Of a stretch of 52,763 nt of DNA, positions 28,532 to 35,970 are shown piece by piece; position 1 is the first letter of the stretch, and the number at the start of each line of letters is the position of its first letter. Under the pieces are notes generated by a model. That model saw only the letters and a program-made list of their open reading frames with translations, searched no databases and was not told the origin of the DNA. Both the position numbers and the translations under genes were made by a program. This DNA is from a virus (lineage: Duplodnaviria > Caudoviricetes): IMG/VR virus record IMGVR_UViG_3300025133_000147, positions 1 through 52,763 of that record; one strand, 5' to 3'.

Positions 28532-28560
28532 ACGCTACGCCTGTTGATATGCCTTGTCAA
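28532..28560 (-). promoter_or_regulatory. sigma70-type promoter
   Basis: TTGACA-N17-TAGCGT on the - strand, intergenic. Confidence 0.55.
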
Positions 28561-28573
28561 GGCCATGCACTAG

Positions 28574-28792
28574 TTATTTATTAGACTCACTTAGCCAGAG
28601 GACGAAGGCCACAGAGCAGTCACTACAGAGGGGACCTCCCGTGATGGTTGTGACGCTCTTGTGCTGGTGTACTGCGCCTAGTGGTAGCCCGTCTTCGACC
28701 TTCCCCTCACACCTGAAGCACAGTTCATGTGCCTTGCAGGTAAGGAGGAAGTCAGCTGGATCTTCACTGACGATAGTGTGTTTGTATTGCAT
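28574..28792 (-). CDS. Small zinc-finger-like protein
   Basis: AGGAGA RBS; CFRC...CSDC. Confidence 0.6.
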   Translation of the reverse strand: MQYKHTIVSEDPADFLLTCKAHELCFRCEGKVEDGLPLGAVHQHKSVTTITGGPLCSDCSVAFVLWLSESNK

Positions 28793-28821
28793 GTTTAGTT
28801 CTCCTGTTACTAGATGTAAGC

Positions 28822-28919
28822 GTAGCTATCTCCTCTCCTCTTCACCCCCTAGACGGGGGAGTAGAGGAGATAGCTACTAGGTAAGTAGTAAGTAGTAAGT
28901 AGTACTAGTAGTAGTACTG
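28822..28919. repeat. 15-bp perfect-stem hairpin followed by a TAGTA/AGTACT low-complexity array
   Basis: GTAGCTATCTCCTCT (28822-28836) pairs with AGAGGAGATAGCTAC (28863-28877); then GTAAGTAGTAAGTAGTAAGTAGTACTAGTAGTAGTACT. Confidence 0.85.
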
Positions 28920-28990
28920 CAGCTTTTGATCCCTATATAGTAATGGGAGCAGCCTATTGCGGAGGCAACTACCCTGGTTAAGCAAGCCTC

Positions 28991-29203
28991 TCAGAGCCCC
29001 GTGCTTAGCTCGCAGAGAGTGAGCCTAAGCCCAGGCCCCTGCGAACTAGCAGGATGGATTCTAGAGGTAGTCACGGTCGTCCTCGCCCATCCTGAAGGGC
29101 ATGATAGGACGCATCTTATCTCTGTCACGGTTAATCCTGCGTGACATGTCAGCGTAGAGCTGTCGCTCACGTCGTTGCCACAGCCATTGTCGTATTGCTT
29201 CAA
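28991..29203 (-). CDS. Possible hypothetical protein
   Basis: TTG start overlapping the upstream TGA, GGAGG upstream; no motif. Confidence 0.35.
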   Translation of the reverse strand: MKQYDNGCGNDVSDSSTLTCHAGLTVTEIRCVLSCPSGWARTTVTTSRIHPASSQGPGLRLTLCELSTGL

Positions 29204-29667
29204 ACATTCTTAGCCTCCTGTTCAGCTACCTCACGACCATCAAGGCAGTGTGTGCATGGTGTGGTTTCGTCGTAGTCGCATTGGACATACCCGCTCCCTT
29301 CGCAGTGCTCGCAGTGGAGCGGGCCAGCCGCATCGTGGATAGCCTTGGCTAGGGCATCCAGTGCGTGCTGATTGCTGGGGTTACGAACGACCCGCCGGGC
29401 AGCGGCGAGCAGGTCAGGGGCAGCAGCTATGAGCTTTCCGTCTGCGATATCGCTATCGTCATCGGCGGGCCACACTTCGGCTACGGTTTGGGCGGCACAG
29501 AGGCAGGGTATGCCAAGTAGCACCCCATCCGGGTCAGGCTCCTCGGGGGCACAGAGGCAGTCAAGGTTCCCCCATACTATCGAGACTCGGTTTCCACGGT
29601 GGAAGCAAGCCTTCGCTGTAACGATGGCTGTCCACGGCCCAGGTGTGTGTAGTTTTGTCATGTTCAT
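29200..29667 (-). CDS. Phage protein of the HTPGPW...LIAAAPDLL type with C-terminal Zn finger
   Basis: KLHTPGPW, DGKLIAAAPDLLAA, CEHCEGSG...CTHC; AGGAGA RBS. Confidence 0.75.
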   Translation of the reverse strand: MNMTKLHTPGPWTAIVTAKACFHRGNRVSIVWGNLDCLCAPEEPDPDGVLLGIPCLCAAQTVAEVWPADDDSDIADGKLIAAAPDLLAAARRVVRNPSNQHALDALAKAIHDAAGPLHCEHCEGSGYVQCDYDETTPCTHCLDGREVAEQEAKNV

Positions 29668-29711
29668 TCTCCTTGTGTTGTGTGTTGGTTTTAACTTCTA
29701 AGGGTTAAGAG

Positions 29712-29891
29712 TTACTCGCTCTTCTTCTCTAGTTGTTCAATGGCTTTCCACGCCCTTGCTGTGTTCACACAGTGCCGCCGCATGAGTGGCGTTGGGTCAA
29801 TGCCGTGGTATCGGCACCAAAGCGCAAAGTAGACTGGCCCTCTATCCATCGCAGTTGTCATGCAGTTAGCTTTGTCTTCGTCGTTGTTCAT
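29712..29891 (-). CDS. Hypothetical protein
   Basis: Start re-assigned to ATG 29891 (GAGGAGG RBS, ATGA overlap). Confidence 0.55.
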   Translation of the reverse strand: MNNDEDKANCMTTAMDRGPVYFALWCRYHGIDPTPLMRRHCVNTARAWKAIEQLEKKSE

Positions 29892-30061
29892 GCTTCCTCC
29901 TCTTCGTCCTTGCACTCGCAAGGAGCTGTGTCTGTGTAAGGCTTGCCGCATTCACGACATGTGATGCAGTCCTCACAGTTTCCTGTGTCTGTCCATCCCA
30001 ACCAGCCGCATACATCGCAGCCGTAGATGTGATAGCCGTGGTCATAGTCTTCGTCTTCCAT
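29888..30061 (-). CDS. Small acidic Cys-rich (multi-CxxC) protein
   Basis: MEDEDYDHG..CDVC...CEDC..CREC...CEC; start re-assigned to ATG 30061. Confidence 0.55.
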   Translation of the reverse strand: MEDEDYDHGYHIYGCDVCGWLGWTDTGNCEDCITCRECGKPYTDTAPCECKDEEEEA

Positions 30062-30062
30062 G

Positions 30063-30485
30063 TCATCCCTCGCAGCAGTCACCGATGAACAGGACAGGCG
30101 TAGCCCAGCCCGTTGCATTCGGTGCGTAGTGCATGTAGCCCGGTCCCTTGGTGTCGCAGGTATTGCAGCGCGAGGTGTCGCGCTCCCTGCCGTCGTGCCC
30201 CTGTTGAGCACAGCTTGCAGCGAACGCCTCAGACCGTAGCCTCTGGGCCTCTTCGACATCAGCGCGCACCCTGTAGCTGCCCTCGCTGATTACAACGGGG
30301 ATAGTGAGTCCACCTGCTGCAGCCTGGACAATACTGTCCGCTACTTGGGCATCAGGGATGATGGCTGTCCCATCGTTCAGCCTGTGGTCTAACGCCTGAT
30401 AGGCACGGGTAGGGGCGAACCTCTTCCCGGTCTGATGCAGGTCTAGGATCTCTTGGGTAACGGGTAGGTAGGTTGCGTAGGTCAT
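30063..30485 (-). CDS. Hypothetical protein
   Basis: AAGGAGA RBS; C-terminal Cys motifs. Confidence 0.6.
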   Translation of the reverse strand: MTYATYLPVTQEILDLHQTGKRFAPTRAYQALDHRLNDGTAIIPDAQVADSIVQAAAGGLTIPVVISEGSYRVRADVEEAQRLRSEAFAASCAQQGHDGRERDTSRCNTCDTKGPGYMHYAPNATGWATPVLFIGDCCEG

Positions 30486-30610
30486 GTTCGTTTCTCCTTG
30501 TTAAGGTTGGGCCATGGAATTGGCGGTGTCTCGGCGCTACAGTAAGGGCAGTAGCCCCTAGGCCAGCGTGGTTTGTTGGTGCTGTATCCGCACACTCTGC
30601 ATATGTACAT
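30482..30610 (-). CDS. Unannotated 42-aa zinc-ribbon peptide
   Basis: MYICRVCGYSTNKPRWPRGYCPYCSAETPPIPWPNLNKEKRT; TGATG overlap at the start, ATGA overlap at the stop. Confidence 0.7.
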   Translation of the reverse strand: MYICRVCGYSTNKPRWPRGYCPYCSAETPPIPWPNLNKEKRT

Positions 30611-30813
30611 CAGTCCCCCCCCTCGCTTCGCTCGATGTGGTCAGCAATCATTCGCTCAAGTAACTCCACTCGGTAGCTTCCGTGACCAATCTGCTCCTTC
30701 AGCATCCAGTAGAGCATGCGTATCTCAGCGTGCATGCTGTCCACTAGGGGTTGAGCGATAGCGTGTAGTGCCATCGGGGTATCAGTTCGGTTTCTGTAGT
30801 TGTTGTCTTTCAT
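30610..30813 (-). CDS. Hypothetical protein (paralog of 31091-31330)
   Basis: Start re-assigned to ATG 30813 (AGGAG RBS); MKDNNYR...EIRMLY. Confidence 0.65.
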   Translation of the reverse strand: MKDNNYRNRTDTPMALHAIAQPLVDSMHAEIRMLYWMLKEQIGHGSYRVELLERMIADHIERSEGGD

Positions 30814-30817
30814 GTTC

Positions 30818-31060
30818 TTACTCCTGTTCGTTGTTGTAGTAGTGCTCAGTGGCGTCGATAAACTTGATGACCTCACGGGCGAACGTGTAGTCAATCTCGC
30901 GGTCTGCTCCTGTCTCTTTGTGTGAAGCCATGTCTTCCCCCAACATCTCCTTAAGGATGCTGTTGGCTTCTTCTCGTTGTACGGATACGCGGGCCATGAA
31001 TGTGTACAAGAGGTCCCTCTGTGCGATGGCGTCCATTAGGTTTTCGTCTGGCATTCTCAT
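30818..31060 (-). CDS. Hypothetical protein
   Basis: AGGAGA RBS; preceded by a family-A palindrome. Confidence 0.65.
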   Translation of the reverse strand: MRMPDENLMDAIAQRDLLYTFMARVSVQREEANSILKEMLGEDMASHKETGADREIDYTFAREVIKFIDATEHYYNNEQE

Positions 31061-31090
31061 GTCTATCTCCTGGGTTTTAACTTCTAAGAG

Positions 31091-31330
31091 TTATGGGTTG
31101 TGAGTGGTGGGCTTCAGGTAGCCACGGCTGTCAGCCACGGTGTTGCTGATTCGTTTAGATATCGCAGCGTCCACCTCATTGACTGGCACCCCGATGTCAC
31201 CAGCTAGGTCGATGAGCAGGGAGTACATCGCCCTGATTTCAACCTGAGCACCCTCCATCGCTGGCCTGTCTAGGTCTGAGTGAGCCTTGGGTAGGGTCTT
31301 GCGACCACGGAAGTTTCTGTCCTTGAACAT
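31091..31330 (-). CDS. Hypothetical protein (paralog of 30610-30813)
   Basis: MFKDRNFR...EIRAMY; AGGAGA RBS; preceded by a family-B palindrome. Confidence 0.65.
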   Translation of the reverse strand: MFKDRNFRGRKTLPKAHSDLDRPAMEGAQVEIRAMYSLLIDLAGDIGVPVNEVDAAISKRISNTVADSRGYLKPTTHNP

Positions 31331-31372
31331 GTCTATCTCCTGTGAGTTATTTATTCGGCTGAATAAATAAGG

Positions 31373-32209
31373 TTAGTTAGTGATCACAGCGAAGTACTTC
31401 TTGCCTACGCCGTGGACGTTAATGACTGGCGAGCCAGCCATGCTCTTGTTCTTAGGGTTGCCATCGCATGCCCCGCAGGTATCGCAGTTCAAGCGCTTGT
31501 CTTGTTCTTCGCTGGCAGGGCAGGCGAACTCACCGCGCAGCATGTCGTCGTCCTCACCCTTGATACGGAAGGTGCGCCAGCCTAGCCCGCGTGCTTCCCA
31601 GTACTCAGCCTCAGTGTCAACGCTCGCCATGACGTAGGGCTTTAACTCAGGCGAGTTACGCCACTGGTGGGTGTAGCCTGTGCGCTTGGTGTCGTCCCAG
31701 CTTCCCACGTACATCTTCCATACAGACAGGGGGACTGCAGCAGGGTCGCCGTAGCTCCCGATACGCCGCATCCTGTCGCCCATTAGGTCGTGTGCCCCAG
31801 GGTAGTCATCGATGTGGGCGTAGCCGCCTCGATTGAAGCACTTCCACACGCTGGCAGGCGCATCCATCCTGACGTAGCAGCTACGCTTGGGGAGGGTCTT
31901 GCCCTTGGCTACGTCGAGAGACTGTGGCCTGTGCTTGCAGTCGCCACAGATTGACACGTCAGCACCTGTCTTCAGTGCCTCGCTTGGGTGCATGGATACG
32001 AACAAGATCCAGGTCTGTATCTCGTCGCCTGTCTTGTCGTTCGCCGTGCGGTTGGTCAGTCCAGTAGCAATCACCACGATCTCGACACCATCGAAGATAG
32101 AGGGTCCCCGCCAGAGGATGACCCCGTTGCGATTGTTCTTGGTGGTGGTCTTGGTGACACGGAAGCCAGCGCCCTCAAGCGCAGCCCGTGCTTGCAGTAA
32201 GTCGTACAT
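31373..32209 (-). CDS. Cys-rich putative Fe-S enzyme (phage Gp88-like / radical-SAM-related)
   Basis: NDKTG, ICGDC..R...CYV, RIGSYGDPAAVP, GYTHQW, MASVD, CPA...CDTCGAC, HG. Confidence 0.6.
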   Translation of the reverse strand: MYDLLQARAALEGAGFRVTKTTTKNNRNGVILWRGPSIFDGVEIVVIATGLTNRTANDKTGDEIQTWILFVSMHPSEALKTGADVSICGDCKHRPQSLDVAKGKTLPKRSCYVRMDAPASVWKCFNRGGYAHIDDYPGAHDLMGDRMRRIGSYGDPAAVPLSVWKMYVGSWDDTKRTGYTHQWRNSPELKPYVMASVDTEAEYWEARGLGWRTFRIKGEDDDMLRGEFACPASEEQDKRLNCDTCGACDGNPKNKSMAGSPVINVHGVGKKYFAVITN

Positions 32210-32283
32210 GTTTTTCTCCTGCCGGATTAGCCCCCGGCTAGGCGTTAAGGTTGAGTTGGTTTTAACTTCTAAGAGTTACAGGG

Positions 32284-32487
32284 TTAGACGATGGTGCCGA
32301 TAATGATGCGAGGTGCCGCGACCTTCTCTTGAACGTGTGCCACACACACGTCGTCCTCGTTAGTCTCTCCGTCGCAGTAGTCCGCGACAGACTTTGCCGC
32401 CTCAATGGCTTGGTCTAATACTTCAGACGGGTCAGCGTCAGTGTGGATGATGAAGGTCACTTTGAAGGTGCAAGAAAAATCGTCCAT
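32284..32487 (-). CDS. Small acidic hypothetical protein
   Basis: AGGAGA RBS; first gene downstream of the 32532-32560 promoter. Confidence 0.6.
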   Translation of the reverse strand: MDDFSCTFKVTFIIHTDADPSEVLDQAIEAAKSVADYCDGETNEDDVCVAHVQEKVAAPRIIIGTIV

Positions 32488-32531
32488 GTCTTATCTCCTG
32501 TTAGTTGGTGGAGGTATGTCCACTGCTTACG

Positions 32532-32580
32532 AATATAGCACTATGCCATAGCCGTGTCAAGGTTTATTTTAAATTAATCT
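32532..32580 (-). promoter_or_regulatory. Strong sigma70-type promoter with AT-rich UP-like element
   Basis: TTGACA-N17-TATATT on the - strand (32560 to 32532), preceded by AGATTAATTTAAAATAAACC. Confidence 0.75.
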
Positions 32581-32601
32581 GAGAGGTCGTTTCGCTTTAA
32601 C

Positions 32602-32907
32602 TTAATCAAGGTAAAAGCCCATCGACCAGTTGTTCCGTGGCTCCGCCGTGAACCCGTGGTCCTTAGCTATGACGTAGAGTTTCTCGTGGTACTTACTCTC
32701 CCCACCTGAGATGTAGGCGTAGTCTCCAGAGCAAGATAGGATGTCGTAGCCCGCACCGTCGTAGTGCATCACCGCATCGGCGCTACCCGCCTTGTCACCA
32801 GTCCACACACCAGCATCATCTACGCACCACTCAAGCGGTGGGCCTGCTAGTTCAGCGAGGTAGGCTTCAAGTGCAGTCTTCAGTTTGTTGATCTTTGCTT
32901 TGCTCAT
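32602..32907 (-). CDS. Hypothetical protein
   Basis: AGGAGA RBS; preceded by fused family A and B palindromes. Confidence 0.65.
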   Translation of the reverse strand: MSKAKINKLKTALEAYLAELAGPPLEWCVDDAGVWTGDKAGSADAVMHYDGAGYDILSCSGDYAYISGGESKYHEKLYVIAKDHGFTAEPRNNWSMGFYLD

Positions 32908-32976
32908 GTTCTTATTCTCCTGTGTTGGTTAGGTTTTAACTTCTAAGAGTTATTTATTCGGCTGAATAAATAAGGG

Positions 32977-33285
32977 TTAGCTGGTTTGGGTAGCGTTGAT
33001 CCACCTGACTGTGTCCGGCGTATCGACGCTCTCCATTCCGTCGTACTCGGTCAGCCGATACTTGGTGCCGGGGATCGTAGCCACGCAGAGTTCAGAGCAG
33101 GGACCGCCCGCTATCTCGTATCCCATAGTCTCGACAACGTGAACCAGTCGCGGGTCGTGTCGGTTCTCGTAGCGGAAGTCGTACACCTCCTCCTCTGTAC
33201 ACCCAGCGCGGAGCAGTGCCGCCTCAGCAAGGTCTGATAGGCCGAAGCCCCCGTAGCAGTTGTTGTAGATAATCTTTGTCGTCAT
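32977..33285 (-). CDS. Conserved-looking phage hypothetical protein
   Basis: KIIYN.CYGGFGLS...RHDP.LV.VVE...EYDG.E.V motif. Confidence 0.75.
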   Translation of the reverse strand: MTTKIIYNNCYGGFGLSDLAEAALLRAGCTEEEVYDFRYENRHDPRLVHVVETMGYEIAGGPCSELCVATIPGTKYRLTEYDGMESVDTPDTVRWINATQTS

Positions 33286-33338
33286 GTTCTTATTCTCCTG
33301 TGTTGGTTAGTTAGGTTTTAACTTCTAGGGGTTAAGGG

Positions 33339-33686
33339 TTATTGAGAGTCGATGTAGGCACGTCGAGCGTCGATAGCAGAGCACCTCCATTCAAGCTGAC
33401 CAATGAGAGGGTAGAGCCCGAGGCCCCTCTTCTTCAGTTGTCGCCCGAGAATCTGAGCACCCCTCCCGTAGTCTCCGTTCTCAATCCAACGGATGCGATC
33501 AGCCACTAGCTCAGGTCGGAGGTGTAGGTCTAGAGAGAATTCGTCTTTGCGTTCAGCCCTGATATCGGCGGGTGCGTGTGAGAGGGCGGCGAGTTCTCGA
33601 TTGGTCGCGGCGAGTTCTTGCCTGTCGTATTCTTCTATGGTCGCGGCGAGATCTCGCCTGTCGCATTCTTCTTCGCTGTAGGTCAT
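33339..33686 (-). CDS. Hypothetical protein
   Basis: AGGAGA RBS; flanked by family-A palindromes. Confidence 0.65.
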   Translation of the reverse strand: MTYSEEECDRRDLAATIEEYDRQELAATNRELAALSHAPADIRAERKDEFSLDLHLRPELVADRIRWIENGDYGRGAQILGRQLKKRGLGLYPLIGQLEWRCSAIDARRAYIDSQ

Positions 33687-33707
33687 GTCGTGTTCTCCTG
33701 TTGGGGT

Positions 33708-33902
33708 TTAACTTCTAAGGGTTAAGGGTGTGGCTTCTCTAAGCTCATCCGCGAGGTCTGCACACTGCTTAGAGAAGAAACTGACAGCGGTCATGAGTGC
33801 GTCAGTGGGTACGCCATCGTCGGCACAACTAGGCAACTCCGAGAGATTGTCCGCTAGCTCAGTAAGCTTTACAGCAACGGTGTTTAGTTCGGCTTCAGTC
33901 AT
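33708..33902 (-). CDS. Hypothetical protein
   Basis: AGGAG RBS; the last codons and stop are supplied by a family-A palindrome. Confidence 0.6.
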   Translation of the reverse strand: MTEAELNTVAVKLTELADNLSELPSCADDGVPTDALMTAVSFFSKQCADLADELREATPLTLRS

Positions 33903-33906
33903 GTTC

Positions 33907-34038
33907 TTAGCTCCTGTTCAATCGTCGGTAGGTGAGGTAGGTCTGGCGAGCGAGCGTTACAGCTTGCGCGTTAGGTGCGGAAGGGTCCGTCCGGAATGCT
34001 GCTCGCGCAGCGCGGTAGGTGGCGAGTAAGTCAGCCAT
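33907..34038 (-). CDS. Unannotated 43-aa peptide
   Basis: MADLLATYRAARAAFRTDPSAPNAQAVTLARQTYLTYRRLNRS; CAGGAGAAATC-ATG start context as at 34979; preceded by a family-C palindrome. Confidence 0.6.
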   Translation of the reverse strand: MADLLATYRAARAAFRTDPSAPNAQAVTLARQTYLTYRRLNRS

Positions 34039-34148
34039 GATTTCTCCTGAGTTGTTGTGGGTTGTTTTAAAAGTGGTCTTTTAAAAGTAGGTAGCAGCAA
34101 CACGCTGCATCGCAGACACGGGGGGAGCCCGTGCCTGCTAGCAGAGCG

Positions 34149-34451
34149 CTACTTCACGTTAGAGAATCGACCGTGGTAGGCACTACGGCAACGAGTACAC
34201 AGATAGCCCAGCGTGGTGTAGGGGTACGAAACATCGGTAGATGCGCAGGCGTCACACTCATCGACCGATTCGTCGTCGTCGTCGCACTGGTCGATGTCCT
34301 CCTTGAGTAGGGCGTTTAGCTTCGCCCTATTGCCAGACTTAGCCTGATCTAGAAGGGCCTCAAGTTCCTGCCGATTAGCGATTGTGGGGGATGCGAGGTA
34401 GACGGATAGATGCAGGTGGGCGAGTAGGGTTCTATCTTCGGGACTGTTCAT
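34149..34451 (-). CDS. Hypothetical protein with acidic linker and C-terminal Zn finger
   Basis: AGGAGA RBS; CDAC...CTRC. Confidence 0.6.
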   Translation of the reverse strand: MNSPEDRTLLAHLHLSVYLASPTIANRQELEALLDQAKSGNRAKLNALLKEDIDQCDDDDESVDECDACASTDVSYPYTTLGYLCTRCRSAYHGRFSNVK

Positions 34452-34500
34452 GCTGATTTCTCCTGTGGTTTTAACTTCTAAGGGTTAAGGGTTAAGTGGC

Positions 34501-34683
34501 TTAGATGTAGCCGAGAATGAGGAGCCACGACTGCTGGCCGTGCTCGCAGTCTCCGTCCGGCTCAGTCTCGCAGCCATCGGGACACTCGCAGACGCCGTCA
34601 AAGGTCCAGTCTTTAAGCTGCTCGATAGTGGGGACGGGGTACTTGACTCCGTCGATCTCGATTGTTTCGGTCTTGCTTGTCAT
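34501..34683 (-). CDS. Small Cys/His metal-binding phage protein
   Basis: DGVCECPDGCETEPDGDCEHGQQSWL..LG.I; AGGAGA RBS. Confidence 0.7.
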   Translation of the reverse strand: MTSKTETIEIDGVKYPVPTIEQLKDWTFDGVCECPDGCETEPDGDCEHGQQSWLLILGYI

Positions 34684-34733
34684 GATGATTTCTCCTGAGT
34701 TATTTATTTATCGGAATAAATAAGAGTGAAAGG

Positions 34734-34979
34734 TTATCGACTAGCTACGGACAGGTTGAGGCTCGCGATAGCACCGAGTGCTTTTGTGTGCCACGACATG
34801 CCCTCATCTACGGGGGACACGGGCCAACGAGTCTCGATGCGCCCGGTGGAGGGGAAGTAGTTCCCGCATCGAAGGGACACGCGCTGGCCTTCGTACATCC
34901 AACGGCCAGACTCGTCAGCGGTGACGAGGTAGCAGTCTGCGGTACGCGGGCAAGTAAAGAGGGCAAGGGGACGGTTCAT
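34734..34979 (-). CDS. Hypothetical protein
   Basis: AGGAGA RBS; flanked by two identical family-B palindromes. Confidence 0.6.
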   Translation of the reverse strand: MNRPLALFTCPRTADCYLVTADESGRWMYEGQRVSLRCGNYFPSTGRIETRWPVSPVDEGMSWHTKALGAIASLNLSVASR

Positions 34980-35091
34980 GATTTCTCCTGAGTTATTTAT
35001 TTATCGGAATAAATAAGGGGTGGTGCTCAAGCGAGCAGGGGGTGTACCCCCGTCAGCCGCCCCCCGCAGGGGACGACTGCCCGGCTCCTTC

Positions 35092-35970
35092 CTAGCTGGC
35101 GCGCAGCTTGCGGACTTCGCTCTTGACTTCGGCGGTCACTTCGTCGCAGCGAGCCTCTACCATCCCTAGGATGATGCGCTCAAGCTCCGCGACTGACGGA
35201 GCGCCTAGGATGTTCATGACCTTTTGACGAGCCTCGTTAGTTCCGAAGTCGAGGGTAGCCTTGCTCCCGCCCTTGCTCTCCTCGTCGCTGTCCTCGCCCT
35301 TAGCTGCCCGCGTCAGGGCGACCGAGATGTTAGACGAGCCCGTCGCGAGTGCCTCAAACGCTGCGAGCTTGCTGTCAAGGTAGGAGATGTTTGACGCTGC
35401 TCCACCGATAGGACGGACACTCGCGACGCCACGCTCCCACACGACGACAGGCTCAAAGCCTAGCAAGGACAGAGCGATGCTGACCTTGCCACGCTTGACG
35501 CCATAGGTTTGGAATTGCGTGTGGCCCTTCGTCTTCAGGTGCTCAACTTGCGTCTTGCTCAGGCCCTTCCCGTGCTGAGCTGCGACTACGGCACAACCGA
35601 TAGCGACTTGAAACACGGCACCCTCGTGGTCACATGAGAATCCTTCAGGAATCTCTAGCAGCCAGATAGGCAGACCATTCTCGTCCTCCTCGCGGCCGAG
35701 TGTGGTCTTGACGCGGGCAAGGCCATCGGTGGGATTCTCCTTACTCCACACGGACTGGCCAGGACCAAAGGTCACGTGAGCGGTGGGCGACACAGAGAAA
35801 GACTCTCGGAACGTGGGAGTCTTGCGTAGACGGTTCAGGAACATCGCAGCCGTCTCCTCTAGACGGGTCACTCGCTTGCCGCGGTTCGCCTTTTGAGTGC
35901 TGGCCTCAAAAGAGGAGTAGGCGGTCTTCTTGATTCCGGTCGTCTTGTTCTTGTTGGTGTTGGTAGGCAT
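35092..35970 (-). CDS. Hypothetical protein, first gene of the early array
   Basis: 292 aa, AGGAGA RBS, preceded by a family-B palindrome; no recognisable motif. Confidence 0.7.
   Translation of the reverse strand: MPTNTNKNKTTGIKKTAYSSFEASTQKANRGKRVTRLEETAAMFLNRLRKTPTFRESFSVSPTAHVTFGPGQSVWSKENPTDGLARVKTTLGREEDENGLPIWLLEIPEGFSCDHEGAVFQVAIGCAVVAAQHGKGLSKTQVEHLKTKGHTQFQTYGVKRGKVSIALSLLGFEPVVVWERGVASVRPIGGAASNISYLDSKLAAFEALATGSSNISVALTRAAKGEDSDEESKGGSKATLDFGTNEARQKVMNILGAPSVAELERIILGMVEARCDEVTAEVKSEVRKLRAS

Larger units (their letters stand above)
27459..34086. repeat. Family C palindrome TTTTAAAAGTGGTCTTTTAAAA, 2 identical copies
   Basis: 27459-27480 and 34065-34086, each upstream of a minus-strand gene start. 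Confidence 0.9.
23766..34488. repeat. Family A palindrome TTAACY-N6-RGTTA(A), 10 dispersed copies
   Basis: 18-mers starting at 23766, 27533 (inverted), 28475, 29691, 31077, 32262, 32936, 33318, 33708 and 34471; core TTAACTTCTARGRGTTA. Confidence 0.9.

Noticed and set aside
32597-32614. Additional family A site TTAACTTAATCAAGGTAA
   Set aside because: Mismatch in the conserved arm and overlap with a gene end; not counted.
34086-34150. tRNA gene in structured intergenic gaps (also 23786-23925 and 35016-35092)
   Set aside because: Only short hairpins; no cloverleaf with a T-loop GTTC and acceptor stem.
29691-34488. Family A sites as integron attC sites (TAAC...GTTA cores next to stop codons)
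   Set aside because: Only 18 bp, far shorter than attC; no L boxes or extrahelical bases; no integron integrase recognisable.
29691-34495. CtrA boxes or telomere-like GGGTTA repeats
   Set aside because: TTAA half-sites are 10 or 3 bp apart, not 7; the GGGTTAA runs are at most two units and belong to the family A flank.
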